Notes: generated by a model not told the origin, from the letters alone. Numbered from the stretch's first letter, positions 16,755 through 30,405 are shown. The stretch is DNA of 64,000 nt from Octopus vulgaris (GCA_951406725.2 OX597822.1:48546001-48610000), one strand, 5' to 3'. A program made the numbers and translations.

Positions 16755-17518
16755 GCCTTTGCACAGCTTCTAACGCTGGAGATGTATTACAGTGTCAGCT
16801 GTTCACTACCAGTGAACTAAGGTACCACCTCTTATTTTTCGAGCAGCTTCCGGAGTATTCGAGCAGTTCCAAGCAGTGCTGTTTTCAGCAAGTGTTTTCT
16901 TATTGCAGTCCCTATTTGTTGCACGGGCTTCTCAAGATTTTTGCTCAATGTTCCGAGGGCTCAGACAATTATTGTTACTACTGTTACCTTCTTCATCGAC
17001 CACAACTGCTTAACTTCCCAAGCTAACCTGTCATATCTCTCAACTTTTCTTTCTTCTTTATCGCATACCTTGTTGTCAGATGGGCATGCTATATCTATGA
17101 TCAAGCATAGTTTGTTTTCTGTCTCAAGTAAGACTATGTCTGGCTTCCCATTCTCTATCTCATGGTCGCGCTGAATCATAAAATCACATAGGACTTTTAC
17201 ATTTCTATTTTCGTCGATGCTTTCAGGTTTGTTATCGTACCAATTTTTTGCCCTGTCAAGTCCATACTTTTTGCAGTGTCCAATGGACAAGCCTGGCTAT
17301 ATTGTCGCTGCGTCTCTTACATTCCTTCTGGGCTAGTGGCGTACATTGGCTGGTAATATGCCATACGGTTTCACCGTTTTGTCCATAGATTCTGCACTTA
17401 TCACTTTCTGCTGTGTTGTCTTGTCTGTATTTTATGTAGTTTGTTCTTAGTATTTGCTCTTGGGCAGCACAAATTAGAGCCTCCGTTTCCGGTTTTAAAT
17501 CCCTTTTAGTCATCCACA
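16755..17518 (-). mobile_element. 5'-truncated R4/Dong-like LINE, family L-D
   Basis: LKPETEALICAAQEQILRTN, KCRI..ETVWHI, KPDIVL, IIDIACP. Confidence 0.85.
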
Positions 17519-17532
17519 TTCTTCTTCTTCTT

Positions 17533-17633
<101 letters not shown>

Positions 17634-17635
17634 CA

Positions 17636-17697
<62 letters not shown>

Positions 17698-17720
17698 GTT
17701 ATTATTATTATTATTATTAT

Positions 17721-18138
17721 GAAGTGGTGAGCTGGCAGAATCGTTAGCATGCCGGGCAAAATGCTTAGCGGTATTCCGCCTGCCGCTACGTTCTGAGTTC
17801 AAATTCTGCCGAGGTCGACTTTGCCTTTCATCCTTTCGGGATCGATAAATTAAGTACCAGTTGATCACTGGAATCGATGTAATCGACTGGTCCGCCCCCC
17901 CGCCAATTTCAGGTATTGTGCCTATAGCAGAAAGGATTATTATTATTATTTTCAAGGCGGCGAGCTGGCAGAACCATTAGCAGCCAGGCCAAATGTTTAG
18001 CGTCATTTCGTCTGTCTTTATGTTCTGAGTTCAAATTCCGCCGAGGTCGACTTTGCCTTTCGCTCTTTCGTTAATCATTGGCATCGAAGTGAACGACTTG
18101 ACCCCAAAATTGCTGGCCTTGTACCAAAATTTGAAGCC
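17721..18138 (+). mobile_element. two tandem SINE family B copies
   Basis: Heads (G)GCGGCGAGCTGGCAGAA at ~17722 and ~17956; B-box GAGTTCAAATTC. Confidence 0.85.
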
Positions 18139-18508
18139 ATTAACATTATTACGCTAAACTTCTCGATTACCTTCGTCACCCATGAGAAACGAACCTGAGA
18201 TAAGTAGTGAATGTAATTCGAAACCAGATCGCTTCTCAAGTGGCAATAAATACCCATCGTTCTCATCACCACTAACAACCACCAACAACGGCCATTTTAA
18301 TTCATTACTATCAAAACCAAACTACCCACAAGTGGTGTTGGTGTTGGTGGTGGTGGTGGTGGTGGTCGTGCTGCTGCTGCTGCTGCATCGCCAGTACAAA
18401 CACCATTATCAAGACACTACTGCCTCCACTCCTATCACCACCACTCTTATTCTCATTGCTACAAACCTGAACGCTTTGTTATCGCACGTCGCTCGATACG
18501 TATCAATT

Positions 18509-18509
<1 letters not shown>

Positions 18510-18545
<36 letters not shown>

Positions 18546-18585
18546 CCTACCTATCTGTCTGTCTGTCTGTCTGTCTCTCCCCTCG

Positions 18586-18623
<38 letters not shown>

Positions 18624-18652
18624 CTGTCAATCTGTCTGTCTATCTTTGTCTG

Positions 18653-18703
<51 letters not shown>

Positions 18704-18775
18704 GTCTATCTATCTATTTATCTATCTGTTTGTTTGTCTATCTGTCTGTATGTCTCTTCCTTTCTCTCTCTCTCC

Positions 18776-18807
<32 letters not shown>

Positions 18808-18876
18808 TTATCTATCTGTCTGTCTGTCTGTCTATCTGTCTATCTGTCTGTTTGTCTTTCTCTCTCTCTCCGTTTC

Positions 18877-18948
<72 letters not shown>

Positions 18949-18952
18949 ATCG

Positions 18953-19037
<85 letters not shown>

Positions 19038-19088
19038 AGTCTGTTTGTCTATCTATCTATCTATCCATCTGTCTGTCTGTCTATCTGT

Positions 19089-19133
<45 letters not shown>

Positions 19134-19170
19134 CTTATCTATCCATCTACCTATATTTCTATATATTTCT
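18510..19170. repeat. compound (TATC)/(TC)/(TGTC) microsatellite
   Basis: Direct. Confidence 0.95.
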
Positions 19171-19627
19171 ATGAACGTGTGTGTGTGTGTGCACGCGCGC
19201 ATGTGAATGTAAACACGTACGTTTGAAAGTATGTGTGTGCGCGTGTGTGCGCGCGCGTGTGTGTGGCGTGTTCTTGCGGAATTTACTTAACAGGTTAAAT
19301 GACAGATTGACCTGTTTTATTGTTGGGTCTTTTTTTTTCATATCTTAAAAAGTCTTTCCTCTTTACTTTTCTGTGTCTCAATCCCTCACTCTTTCTTCTT
19401 TTCCTCCCTCCCCTTCTCTCTCTCCCTCCCTTTCTCCCCCCCCACATTCACCACCCCCTCCATATTCCACCCTCCAACTCTCAAAGTCACGACCAATCTC
19501 CTACCCGGTCGTCGCCACCACCACCACCACCACTGCCACCACCACCACCACCACTGCCACCACCATAGATCTACGTATGTCAAAAAAGTTTGATTTATAA
19601 CTTTGGCAGTGCAGAACGTCAAGCTGG

Positions 19628-19645
19628 CGTTGTTGCTCCTGCTGC

Positions 19646-19676
<31 letters not shown>

Positions 19677-19677
19677 A

Positions 19678-19716
<39 letters not shown>

Positions 19717-20278
19717 TTGTTGTTGCTGCTGCCGTTGCTGTTGTTGTTGTTGTTGCTGCCGTTGCTGCAGCTGTTGTTGCTATTGCCGTTGCAGTTGCTG
19801 AAGCTGCTGCTGCTGTTGCTGTTGTTGTTGTTGTTGTTGCTGCTGCCGTTGCTGCAGCTGTTGTTGCTATTGCCGTTGCAGTTGCTGAAGCTGCTGCTGC
19901 TGTTGCTGTTGTTGTTGTTGCTGCTGCCGTTGCTGCTGTTGCTGTTGTTGTTATTGTCGTTACTGCTGCTGCTGCTGTTGTTGCTATTGTCTTTGCTGCT
20001 GCAGCTGCCGTTGTTGTTATTGTTGCTGTTGTTACTGTTATTGCTGCTGCTGCTGTTGCTTGTTACTATTGTCGTTGCTGTTGCAGCTGCTGTTGCTGCT
20101 GCTGTTGCTGCTGTTGCCGTTGTTGTTGCTGTCATTGCTACTACTGTTGTCGCTGTTGCTGCTGTTGATATTGTTGCTGCTGTAAGTGATAGTGGTATTG
20201 TTCTCGCTGCAGTTGTTGCTGCTGCTACTGCTGCTGCTGCTGCTGTTGCTGCTGCTGTTGTTGTTAGTGGTGGTGGCG
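19628..20278. repeat. cryptic (CTG/TTG)n trinucleotide array
   Basis: Direct; includes an internal ~87-bp higher-order duplication. Confidence 0.9.
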
Positions 20279-20829
20279 TTGATGTCGTGCAGTTGTGTCC
20301 CCCGTCGCCTTTCACATTCAATCAGTTTTGATGCAGCAGACATTTGACAACGCTTAACCAAACACATGCGACCCCCACACGTCCCCGACCCAAGATCTTC
20401 TATGCCTCTCTTCATTTGTCCATCACATTCTACCAACCGATTTGCACGGGTTAACTGTATGTAGTGCAGAAGTACAGTGGTCGTTGCCTGCTGTGTATAT
20501 TGTACTTACGCCATCGTCCAGTCTGTTTTTGTATCTGTGTTGTGGGGGTATGAGACGTTTTGGCACAGGCATTTTGGCGCCGCTTACTTAGCGTCGCTGA
20601 TTCGACGCTGACTTATTTGACATCAGACGTTTAAATCTTTCTCTCCTTTTCTCCCTCCTCTCTTTCTCCTACTGCCTCTCTTTGTTATGTGTCGGCATAA
20701 TTCTTTTTATGCATATGAAAGGTAAAGTGTTCATGTCAATCGATTTCAACTAATAAATTGTTCTATCTCTCTCTTTCTCCCCACGCCTCTCTCTCCTTCT
20801 CTCTACCCCCTCTCTCCTCCCCCATCTCC

Positions 20830-21436
<607 letters not shown>

Positions 21437-21961
21437 CCATCATAAAAAGCAACACACTACCAGAAAGTCAGGCGAAAAAAAGGCTGAAAATACGAACGAA
21501 GCAACGCAGTAAATACATAAATGAAAACAGTTTTTTATATATTTTTTACTCCGCTACAGAAGAGTTCATGTCAAGAAAAGAACAGCAAATGAAAACGAAA
21601 ACCGCTTCGAACAGAAATGCATGATAAAACGTTACTTCATCAATCGAGTTGATTTGCTGTTGAGTAATAAATTTAAGATCTACGGCGTTGCTTATATTTA
21701 GTCGCGATTAATCTTTGAGAGATTATGATTGATAGTTATGCTATGTAACCGAACACACACAATTTTATAACAATTTCTTGTTTGCTCATTCCAGCTTCTT
21801 CTGATAAATCGGAATATTTGAGAGGAAAAGAAGTGATAGTAAATTGTTTTTAACATACTTTAAGCTATGCAGTGAAAAAAAGTTACGAGTGCTTGGCAAG
21901 ACCTAACGTCGACCCAAGTGTGGTCGGATTGCCGTGAAGGTGTTTTTTATCTAGTTGCTCT

Positions 21962-22614
21962 TTAACTTGCTTGTTTCAGTCATTTGACTGCGGCCATGCT
22001 GGAGCACCGCCTTTAGTCGAACAAATCGACCCCAGGTCTCATTCTTTTGTAAGCCTAGTACTTATTCTATCTGTCTCTTTTTACCGAACCGCTAAGTTAC
22101 GGGGACGTAAACACACCAGCATCGGTCGTCAAGCGATGGTGGGAGGACACAAACACACAAACAGGCACACGCACATACTCACACACATATATTACATATA
22201 AGAGACCAAAGTGTACGTACGCCGCCATATGTATATAAAAAGGAATACAAAAAATGGAACCAGCCGAAATTGCAAAGATAATCTGGAACTCGACTGAGGA
22301 AAGAAAACTCCGAATGACCCATCCTTGTTTATTCTTGTCCCTTTTTTGTATCATCTGTCTGGATGTTTTGTTGTCCTCTTTTTTGTATCATCTAACTGTC
22401 TGGATGTTTTGCGTTCTTGTCCCATTTTTTGTATTCCTTTATATATATACACGACGGGCTTCTTTCAGTTTCCGTCTACTAAATCCACTCACAAGGCTTT
22501 ATTCTGCCCAAGGCTATAGTAGAAAACACTTGCCCAAGGTGTCACGCAGTGGGACTGAAACCGGAACACTGTGGTTGGTAAGCAAGCTACTTACCACACA
22601 GCCATTCCTGCTCC
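21962..22614 (-). mobile_element. SINE family A with an insertion in its central microsatellite
   Basis: Tail 21962-22190 and head 22450-22614 separated by unrelated sequence. Confidence 0.85.
22230..22446 (+). mobile_element. family P2 element with terminal inverted segment
   Basis: AAAGGAATACAAAAAATGG at left is the reverse complement of CCATTTTTTGTATTCCTTT at right; related to 11182 and 32341-32430. Confidence 0.55.
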
Positions 22615-22789
22615 TATAGTTGTACACTTTTTTTACTAAAAAACAGCAGCGAAATCTTTTTTAAATCCGTCTACTTGTATGAAATGAGGAGGGATACATT
22701 GGATAATGTAGCCTTAGACATATTAGATCTTGATTGAATAGAAGCAAAAAAGAAAACTAGGTGGCCAAGCCATAAACGCATTAGATTCC

Positions 22790-22940
22790 AGGCCAGTCGA
22801 CCTGCTGCTAACTGGTAATTATTTAATCGACACCCAAAAGGATTAAAAGCAAGATCGACCTCGGTGGAATTTGAACTCAGAACGTAGCGGCAGACGAAAT
22901 ACCGCCCGGCATGCTAACGATTCTACCAAGCTCACCACCT
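22790..22940 (-). mobile_element. SINE family B
   Basis: GGAATTTGAACTCAGAACGTAGCGGCAGACGAAATACCG. Confidence 0.8.
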
Positions 22941-24417
22941 TTGTCAAGTAATAAATAATGAGAAAGGAAAAAAATTCCAATTCCAATTCCAACAGACGTA
23001 AATGAATGTTCAGTCACTTAGAAATGACGATAAAGGAAATTAATTGAAAAAGAAAAACAAAAATTGAAGAGATAAAATTCATACAAATTGAAAACAGGAC
23101 GTAACCCTGTTCTATATCATATAACATAAAACTAGAGGGGCCTTATCGGGTAAGCTAATCGTGCTATAGAAATAATTACAGCGCAAATAAATGAGATAGA
23201 TATGACGGGGGTATAAAACCGTATAATCTATGCCACAGTGGGTGTATATGTGTATGTAGTAATTAAAGTTGTTGGTGTCGAAAGCTATGAGGAAACAACA
23301 AAAGTAAAACAACGGGTTAAAACTACATTTATTATAGAATCAGAATGGAAACAAAACATTTTCATCGGAGGAGGATATCAACAGAAAGAAAATGGACTGA
23401 GATTAAAAATAAACAATAATGCATAAAAAATATCTGTCAAGGAAAAAAAAGCTGCTAAGATGATTAAGACTTTAAAAAACCACAAAGAAAAAGGAAAAAA
23501 TTAAAGAAAGAGAAATCTTCGATAAATTATATCAAAATAATAAAACAATATATAAATTAAACATATGGTGGGCTCTGGTGGCAACTTAGCGTAAGGGAGA
23601 TAATCATTTCTAGATAATACTTGGTGGGATTACAAAGTGTGAATTTGAAATCAAATAATAACGAAGAAAATGCATAGAATATACATATTTAATTCTTTTT
23701 ATTTTATTTTATTTATTTATCTATTTATTTTTTGCTTACCTGTTACGAAAGTCTTTAAATTTCTCGTCTTAGTTAATCGTGTAAATCTGGGACACAACGT
23801 CCAGCTACACGCTCTCCGGCTCCAACCTCGCTACATCAGCTGCAGACCCGGGATCGCCGCCCGTCGAGCAGAGCAGAGAACAATAAATAAATAAATAAAT
23901 AAATAGAGGGCCTGGCCAGCCACTATCAGTTTGTTGAGGCCTCAGGCGTTCTCGGACCCCACACTACCTACCGTTTTCCTCCCCACAATCCGGATAACGG
24001 CAACCCGTCTGAGAAATGAGCCACGCGAGGTGGCATGGCTTCTGTAACGAGTGTCGCTGGTCATTCTTCGCGGCAACGCCATCACGGTCATAACCACAGG
24101 GTACGGCTTAACAGACAATTTATTCTGAGAGGTGTGCAGCCCGTTGCTCCCACCTCCTCCATCTTCTGTTGCTTAACCACACCTATTTTTTTCTTTTCCT
24201 GTTTCTTTTTTCCCTCGTAACTAAATTGTGATAAATAAAAGTATTTCATTCTTATTTAAAATCCTCAGCATGATACAACTCGAGGTAAAGAAATTAGACT
24301 AAATTAGACATTTTACGAAACGAATTTCTTACAGATTGGAAATAATTACAGGTGAGAGGAGAATGGAATGCATGTGGTTTAGCTTTACTTCTGCATTTTC
24401 TTCATGGAGCGTTAATT

Positions 24418-24649
24418 CTTTTATCTTTTACTTGTTTCAGTCATTAGACTGTGGCCATGCTAGAGCATCACCTTGATGAACATTATTCGAACGAATCGAC
24501 CCTAGCACTATTGTGTTTTTTAAACCTGGTCTTTATTCTAACGGTGACTTAACCGAACCGCAAGGTTACTGGGACGTAAACACAAGAGCACCGGTTGTCA
24601 AGTGATGGTGGGGGACAAGCACAAAGAAACACACACAGACGCGCGCGCG

Positions 24650-24694
<45 letters not shown>

Positions 24695-24846
24695 GACAAG
24701 CTTCTTACAGTTTCCGTGTACCACATCCACTCACAAGGCCTTGGTCGGTCCGAGGATACGGTAGAAGACTCTTGCCGAAGGTGCCACGGAATGGTACCGA
24801 ACCCGGAACAACGTGGTTGGGAAACAAGCATGTTATCACACACCCA
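24418..24846 (-). mobile_element. SINE family A
   Basis: Reverse-complement match along its length. Confidence 0.85.
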
Positions 24847-24970
24847 CATTATTATTTAGTAAAACAATTAACATGATCCCAGGAAAGATTTCAGAAGAAA
24901 GAAAAAAACAGAGAATTTGAGAGGAAACACAAGTGTTTGCTGAAAATATGGGAAACAGAACCAATAACAG

Positions 24971-25157
24971 TTCTATATTTAAGAGATGAGGAATTATGTA
25001 CATTATTTACATTATTTACATTTGAAAGACATTTGTCCTCATCTTGTTTGTTGCTAACACTGATATACGCTCCAGCCTTCATCAGGTGTCTTGGGGAAAT
25101 TTCAAACCTGGGTTCTCATTCCTAAGGTACTTTTAGATGTTGTTGTTGTTGTTGTTG

Positions 25158-25203
<46 letters not shown>

Positions 25204-25465
25204 AGTCACTGCGTGGAATCGAACTCGGAAACTTAGGGTTAGTAGCCCGTGCTCTTAACCACTACGCCATAGGCCCGTAATGTGGTTCAGTTCACATTCT
25301 TTTACTGCATTATTTATGCAGTAAATCACTTGACATATTCCAACACCTCCCCCAATCCCTACTGCTTTCTTGCTTTTATCGGTTCTCATTTACATTATTT
25401 ACATTATTTACATTTGACGGATATTTGTCCTCATCTTGTTTTTGTTAACACAATGTTTCGGCTGA
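24971..25465 (-). mobile_element. family H element: terminal repeat - spacer - tRNA head - (TAA)n - hammerhead - terminal repeat - tail
   Basis: A box TGGCGTAGTGG (25259-69), B box GAGTTCGATTCC (25215-26); 25388-25465 directly repeats ~25000-25065; this hammerhead copy has lost 10 nt including GAAA. Confidence 0.85.
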
Positions 25466-26079
25466 TGATGGTGATGATAATGACGATGATAATGATGACA
25501 ATGATGATGATGAATACTTAACGACCGCAGTGGGGGTGGGATTACAGGAGCGAACTGAAAATCAAAGGGGTTGCATGGATTTAACTATGGAAATAAAACG
25601 ACAATTAGCGCAGCAGCTAAATTAATACATGTCTATCAGTTCCCATTTGTAAATGAGGCAATCACTTCCGGAAAGGACATTGACAGATAACCTGTAAAGG
25701 TAGACATAGGCACTTTCCATGAACAACAATACTAGCCTTGAACATAAGATCAACAACATCATCATCATTATTACCATCAGCGTCTCATCATCACAACTCC
25801 TAACATCACCACAACCACCACCACCACCATCAACAACGCCACTCTTATCATAATAGTCGCCGCAACCATTCTCCTCTCCACACCCTCACCACCTTGTCCT
25901 CCTCCTCCTTCTCATCACCATCATCATCGTCATCAACATCCATCTTCTAACTGTTGTTACGGTTAATGTCATTATTCCGTGACTCTGCGCTGCAATTAAA
26001 AAAGAAAATCGATCAATCAATCTATTAATCAATCTATCGATAAATCGATGAATCAATTAACCTTATCACCATAAACATC

Positions 26080-26602
26080 ATTATTATATCATCATCACCA
26101 TCATCACCATCATCATCATCATCATCGTCATCATCACCTGCAGCAGCAGCAGAATCATCGTCTTGATCCTCATCATTATATCATCATCGTCATTATCATT
26201 ACCACCACCATCATCATCATCCTCATCATCATCGTCATCATCATCATTATCATCATCCTCATCCACATCATCATCATCATCATCACCACCATCACCACCT
26301 TCACCACCATCATCGTCACCATCATCATCACCTTCATCATCATTATCATCATCACCATCATCATCATCATTATCATCATCATCATCATTATAATCATCAT
26401 CATCATCAACAACATTATCTTCATCATCATCATCATCATCCTCATCATCATCATCATCGTCATCGTCATCAGCAACCGTAGCAGCAATAATCTCTATCAT
26501 ATTCATCATCATTGTCGTCCTCACCATCCATCCTCATAACCATCATCCGCATCATAATCCTTAACGTCTCCATCGTCATCATCATCATCATCGTCATCAT
26601 CT
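26080..26602. repeat. (CAT)n-rich array
   Basis: Direct. Confidence 0.95.
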
Positions 26603-27179
26603 CGATACCCAAACTGAACTTCAACCGTATTGATCTCACCAGTTAGGGTTGCTGCAAGATGTATGGGGTTCTCTCTTTCTTCTCTTCCTCTTTCTCCCCC
26701 ACCCCTCCTTTTCGCCTCCTTCTCCCCCCCCCTTCTCTGAACATCATTGAATGACTTCTCAATAAGAAACAAACAAAATAAATAATGTATTCACGGTTTC
26801 TAGCTTCGACACAAAACCAGCAAATTTAACGAGAGGCGGCCGGTGGGTTGGGGGTAGGGGTGGAGCCTTGCGGGGGAGGGGTTGACTTATTACTTGCTTT
26901 ACATCGAGTCCCTTTCTTGGTCTGTGCTTTGTTATATCGATCCCGAAAGAATGAAATGAAAAGCGAAGTCAACGTCGGTGGGATTTGATCTCAGAAAGCA
27001 GCTAAATTCCACAATGTAATTTGTCTGGCCGTAACCAGAGAAAAACTGAAGATGTGCTAACAGCTGGTCTTTGATAAACAAGAAGAATGACAGAGACGAC
27101 AATGTGAAGCAATAATCGTAATTTTCATTTTGCGGTGTTTAATGAGATTCAGAATAATAACACAATGTATCGTGAAGAC

Positions 27180-27370
27180 CACTTGCATTTTTTCCCCTCT
27201 GTCCTCCCACCTCGGGATCTTTCTTTCTCCTATGTTTCCGACGAAGAGCTCCCCTCGAAACGTCATACCCTCCTTCTTCCCTTCTTTCCTGAGCGTCCAA
27301 TAATACTTTATTTGTTCCACATCCTCGCGTTGTTGTCTTTTTGTTTTCTTGTTTGGATTAACTTTATATA
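27180..27370 (+). mobile_element. family P1-related element with CCGACGA hammerhead variant
   Basis: CCGACGA A GAG-CTCCC-CTC GAAA CG TC at 27238-27264. Confidence 0.55.
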
Positions 27371-27523
27371 TATATGACAATTTATATATGGCTTCCGAGA
27401 CAAGTGGAAAGAAAGGACGAACTCTCCTCACACTGGAGATATATTTTATTTATTCTGAACGCTCTCAATAGAGATATGCTGAGAGAGATGAGAGAGAGAG
27501 AAAGCATTGTAAAGAGTTGTAAA

Positions 27524-27553
27524 TTAGATAGATAGATAGATAGATAGATAGAC

Positions 27554-27620
<67 letters not shown>

Positions 27621-27679
27621 GCGAGAGAGAGAGAGAGAGAGACAGAGACAGACAGACACACAGACATACATACATACAT

Positions 27680-27759
<80 letters not shown>

Positions 27760-27950
27760 TTAGCTAGCCAGCTAGAGAGGTAGATAGATGGATAAATAGA
27801 CAGATAGATATAGACAGACAGAGAGACAGACAGAAAGACCGACAGACAGAGACACAGACAGACAGATATATATATATAGAGAGAGAGATATATATAGATG
27901 GATAGATAAAAAGAGAGAAAGAAAGAAGACAGGAAGAGAGAGAGAGATGG
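27524..27950. repeat. (GATA)n/(GA)n microsatellites
   Basis: Direct. Confidence 0.95.
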
Positions 27951-28264
27951 GAGGTTGATACAGTGGAGTGATACGTAAGAGAATGTGCATGCGACAGAGA
28001 GGGAGAGATAGCACAAGTAAATGAGAAGAGGCAAACCAAAGAAAGATCGTGGAAGGGGTAATTAGAGAGATAACGCGATAAAATAAGATACAGAGAAGAA
28101 GTGAATGAGAAGAAGGACGTTAGAGATAAAGGGAGTGAATGAGAAATTCATATATGCAATTCTCAACAGCTATACACACCCACAGCCCTTCAACCTGTAA
28201 CTAGTTTGATAAGGACAAATGCACAAAACTCTCGGACCTTGGGTCACCCTCTTGCTTCTGCTAA

Positions 28265-28372
<108 letters not shown>

Positions 28373-28456
28373 ATTCGAGACAAAACCACTATTTTAAAAC
28401 TAAACAAGGAAAGACTTAATCAATACATAAAAGTTTAATATAAATTAAATAAACCG

Positions 28457-28500
28457 CCACTACAAATGTTTCATGTCTGCTACCGACAATCTTCAGGTGG
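28457..28500 (-). ncRNA. type I hammerhead ribozyme motif
   Basis: CCAC CUGAAGA U UGUC-GGUAGCA-GACA U GAAA C-AUUU-G UA GUGG. Confidence 0.8.
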
Positions 28501-28555
28501 ATTTTCGATCTTCTAATCAGTATCAAAATTTGATACTGATTAGAAGATCGAAAAT

Positions 28556-28599
28556 CCACCTGAAGATTGTCGGTAGCAGACATGAAACATTTGTAGTGG
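28556..28599 (+). ncRNA. type I hammerhead ribozyme motif
   Basis: Identical motif; helix I CCAC/GUGG, GUA cleavage triplet. Confidence 0.8.
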
Positions 28600-28640
28600 C
28601 GGTTTATTTAATTTATGATACTGATTAGAAGATCGAAAAT

Positions 28641-28684
28641 CCACCTGAAGATTGTCGGTAGCAGACATGAAACATTTGTAGTGG
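28641..28684 (+). ncRNA. type I hammerhead ribozyme motif (tandem copy)
   Basis: Identical, 85 bp downstream. Confidence 0.8.
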
Positions 28685-28853
28685 CGGTTTGTTTAATTTA
28701 TATTAAAATTTTATGTATTGATTAAGTCTTTCCTTGTTTAGTTTTAAAATAGTGGTTTTGTCTCGAATTATATTATATAATATTTTACTATAAAATTGGA
28801 TTCAACCCTAAATCTGATTTTTCCCTGTAATTTTGGATTAATTCCCTAATATT

Positions 28854-28894
<41 letters not shown>

Positions 28895-28978
28895 CATACA
28901 TACATGCATGCATACATACTTGCATACATGTATACATGTATATAAATATACTAGAGTAATTATATTTGTATGGACGAT

Positions 28979-29051
28979 CATACTGAAGATCTACAGATAA
29001 ATTGCGTAAGTAAAATTACGTAATTTGTTGATAGTGAAACATTTGTTTATG
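28979..29051 (+). ncRNA. hammerhead motif with extended helix II
   Basis: CAUA CUGAAGA U [CUA..AAAUUGCGUAA / UUACGUAAUUU..UAG] U GAAA CAUUUG UU UAUG. Confidence 0.7.
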
Positions 29052-29311
29052 CTTAATCTATATTTTTGTTACTTTTATTTGTCTTGCTCGCTTACGTTTC
29101 TGGTGTTTGCTAAATTTTCTAGAGAATAATTCTTAGTGGTAAGACCAAAGCGGATCTTCCTCTAGCGTAAGGGTTTCCACATAGTGGTAATCCCCACTTA
29201 TATGTATGTAATACTATTTACTGAACCTCAGTTTTTTAATATGCTAGACCACTGGTGTTAAATTGATGTTATCAAATTAATATCCAATTTTTTACCCTCA
29301 TTTTAATTTTA

Positions 29312-29385
<74 letters not shown>

Positions 29386-29398
29386 TCATACATATGAT

Positions 29399-29439
<41 letters not shown>

Positions 29440-30373
29440 TATGTACGTTATTAAACATATAGAAAGTCGTAATGCAATAACTAGCAGAGATATAGGGAGT
29501 GAGTGAATAACGGAGAGGATGACAGCGGTAAACAAAGAGAGGGAGAGAGAAGCATATAAAGTGGAGCAATGAGGGAGGGAGAGATGAAAGAACTGAGTAT
29601 GTGAGTCTGTGAAAATAATGAGGGATAATGTAGTGAAGACAAAAGAAACATGAACGAAGACGAAATGAAATAAGAAGAAAACTGAGAAAAGCTTGACGTA
29701 ATATGTGTTAAGAATTACTGAAAGGCAGCCGAAAAAAGACCTCGTCATTTTCTACCGGTACTGCACTAGAAATTAATAAAAGTCTTGCGAAATAAAAATA
29801 CTGTATACTTGGTGTATTATGTAGTATATTTATAAGAAAATAATAAAACTGATATTTGTCAATGGATAAAACCCCATCAGTTTTTACGGGTATTGCTTTA
29901 GAAACAAATATAAGTTTTGTGTAGTTCTCTTTACGTTGTGTAATAAACGGTATGATTATATGAAGACAATAAAATGGATATTCGTCAAAAGATAAATCTA
30001 TAACCATCATCATGTCGCCATTTGTAAAAAGAAAAAATAATAGAGAATGTGCTGCAAACAAGAGAAGTGTTAACCAATCATCAATATGATGATTGGCTAA
30101 CAAATATATATCACAAGACGCCATTTGTAAACTTTGGATGTGAGATGATAAATGTACATTGTATAGGCCTGGATTTTGAATGGATTGTAATAAATCATAA
30201 ACCGTTTGAGTTGAAATTGTAAAAAAAAACAACCTCTCACTGTGATTTATAATATGACGACCTTTCGAACTTTATCCGTAAAATATGGCGCATAGAGTTA
30301 AAAGCAAACTTCACCGGTTGAGTGTGAAAGGTAGACAAGTATTATTGCAGGCATAGCTGTGTTTTTAAGAAGT

Positions 30374-30405
<32 letters not shown>

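Noticed and set aside
19386-20436. Ala/Ser/Asn/Gln-rich ORFs up to 311 aa
   Set aside because: Open in several frames on both strands because of CTG/TTG repeats; no domain or splice support
25203-25276. tRNA gene
   Set aside because: Acceptor stem does not pair and it is part of a repeated element; the same applies to the heads at 45339, 54484 and 56929
28531-28700. CRISPR-like repeats
   Set aside because: Two adjacent identical units with no spacers, eukaryotic context
29708-30232. 174-aa minus-strand ORF
   Set aside because: Non-ATG start, AT-rich composition, no recognisable motif
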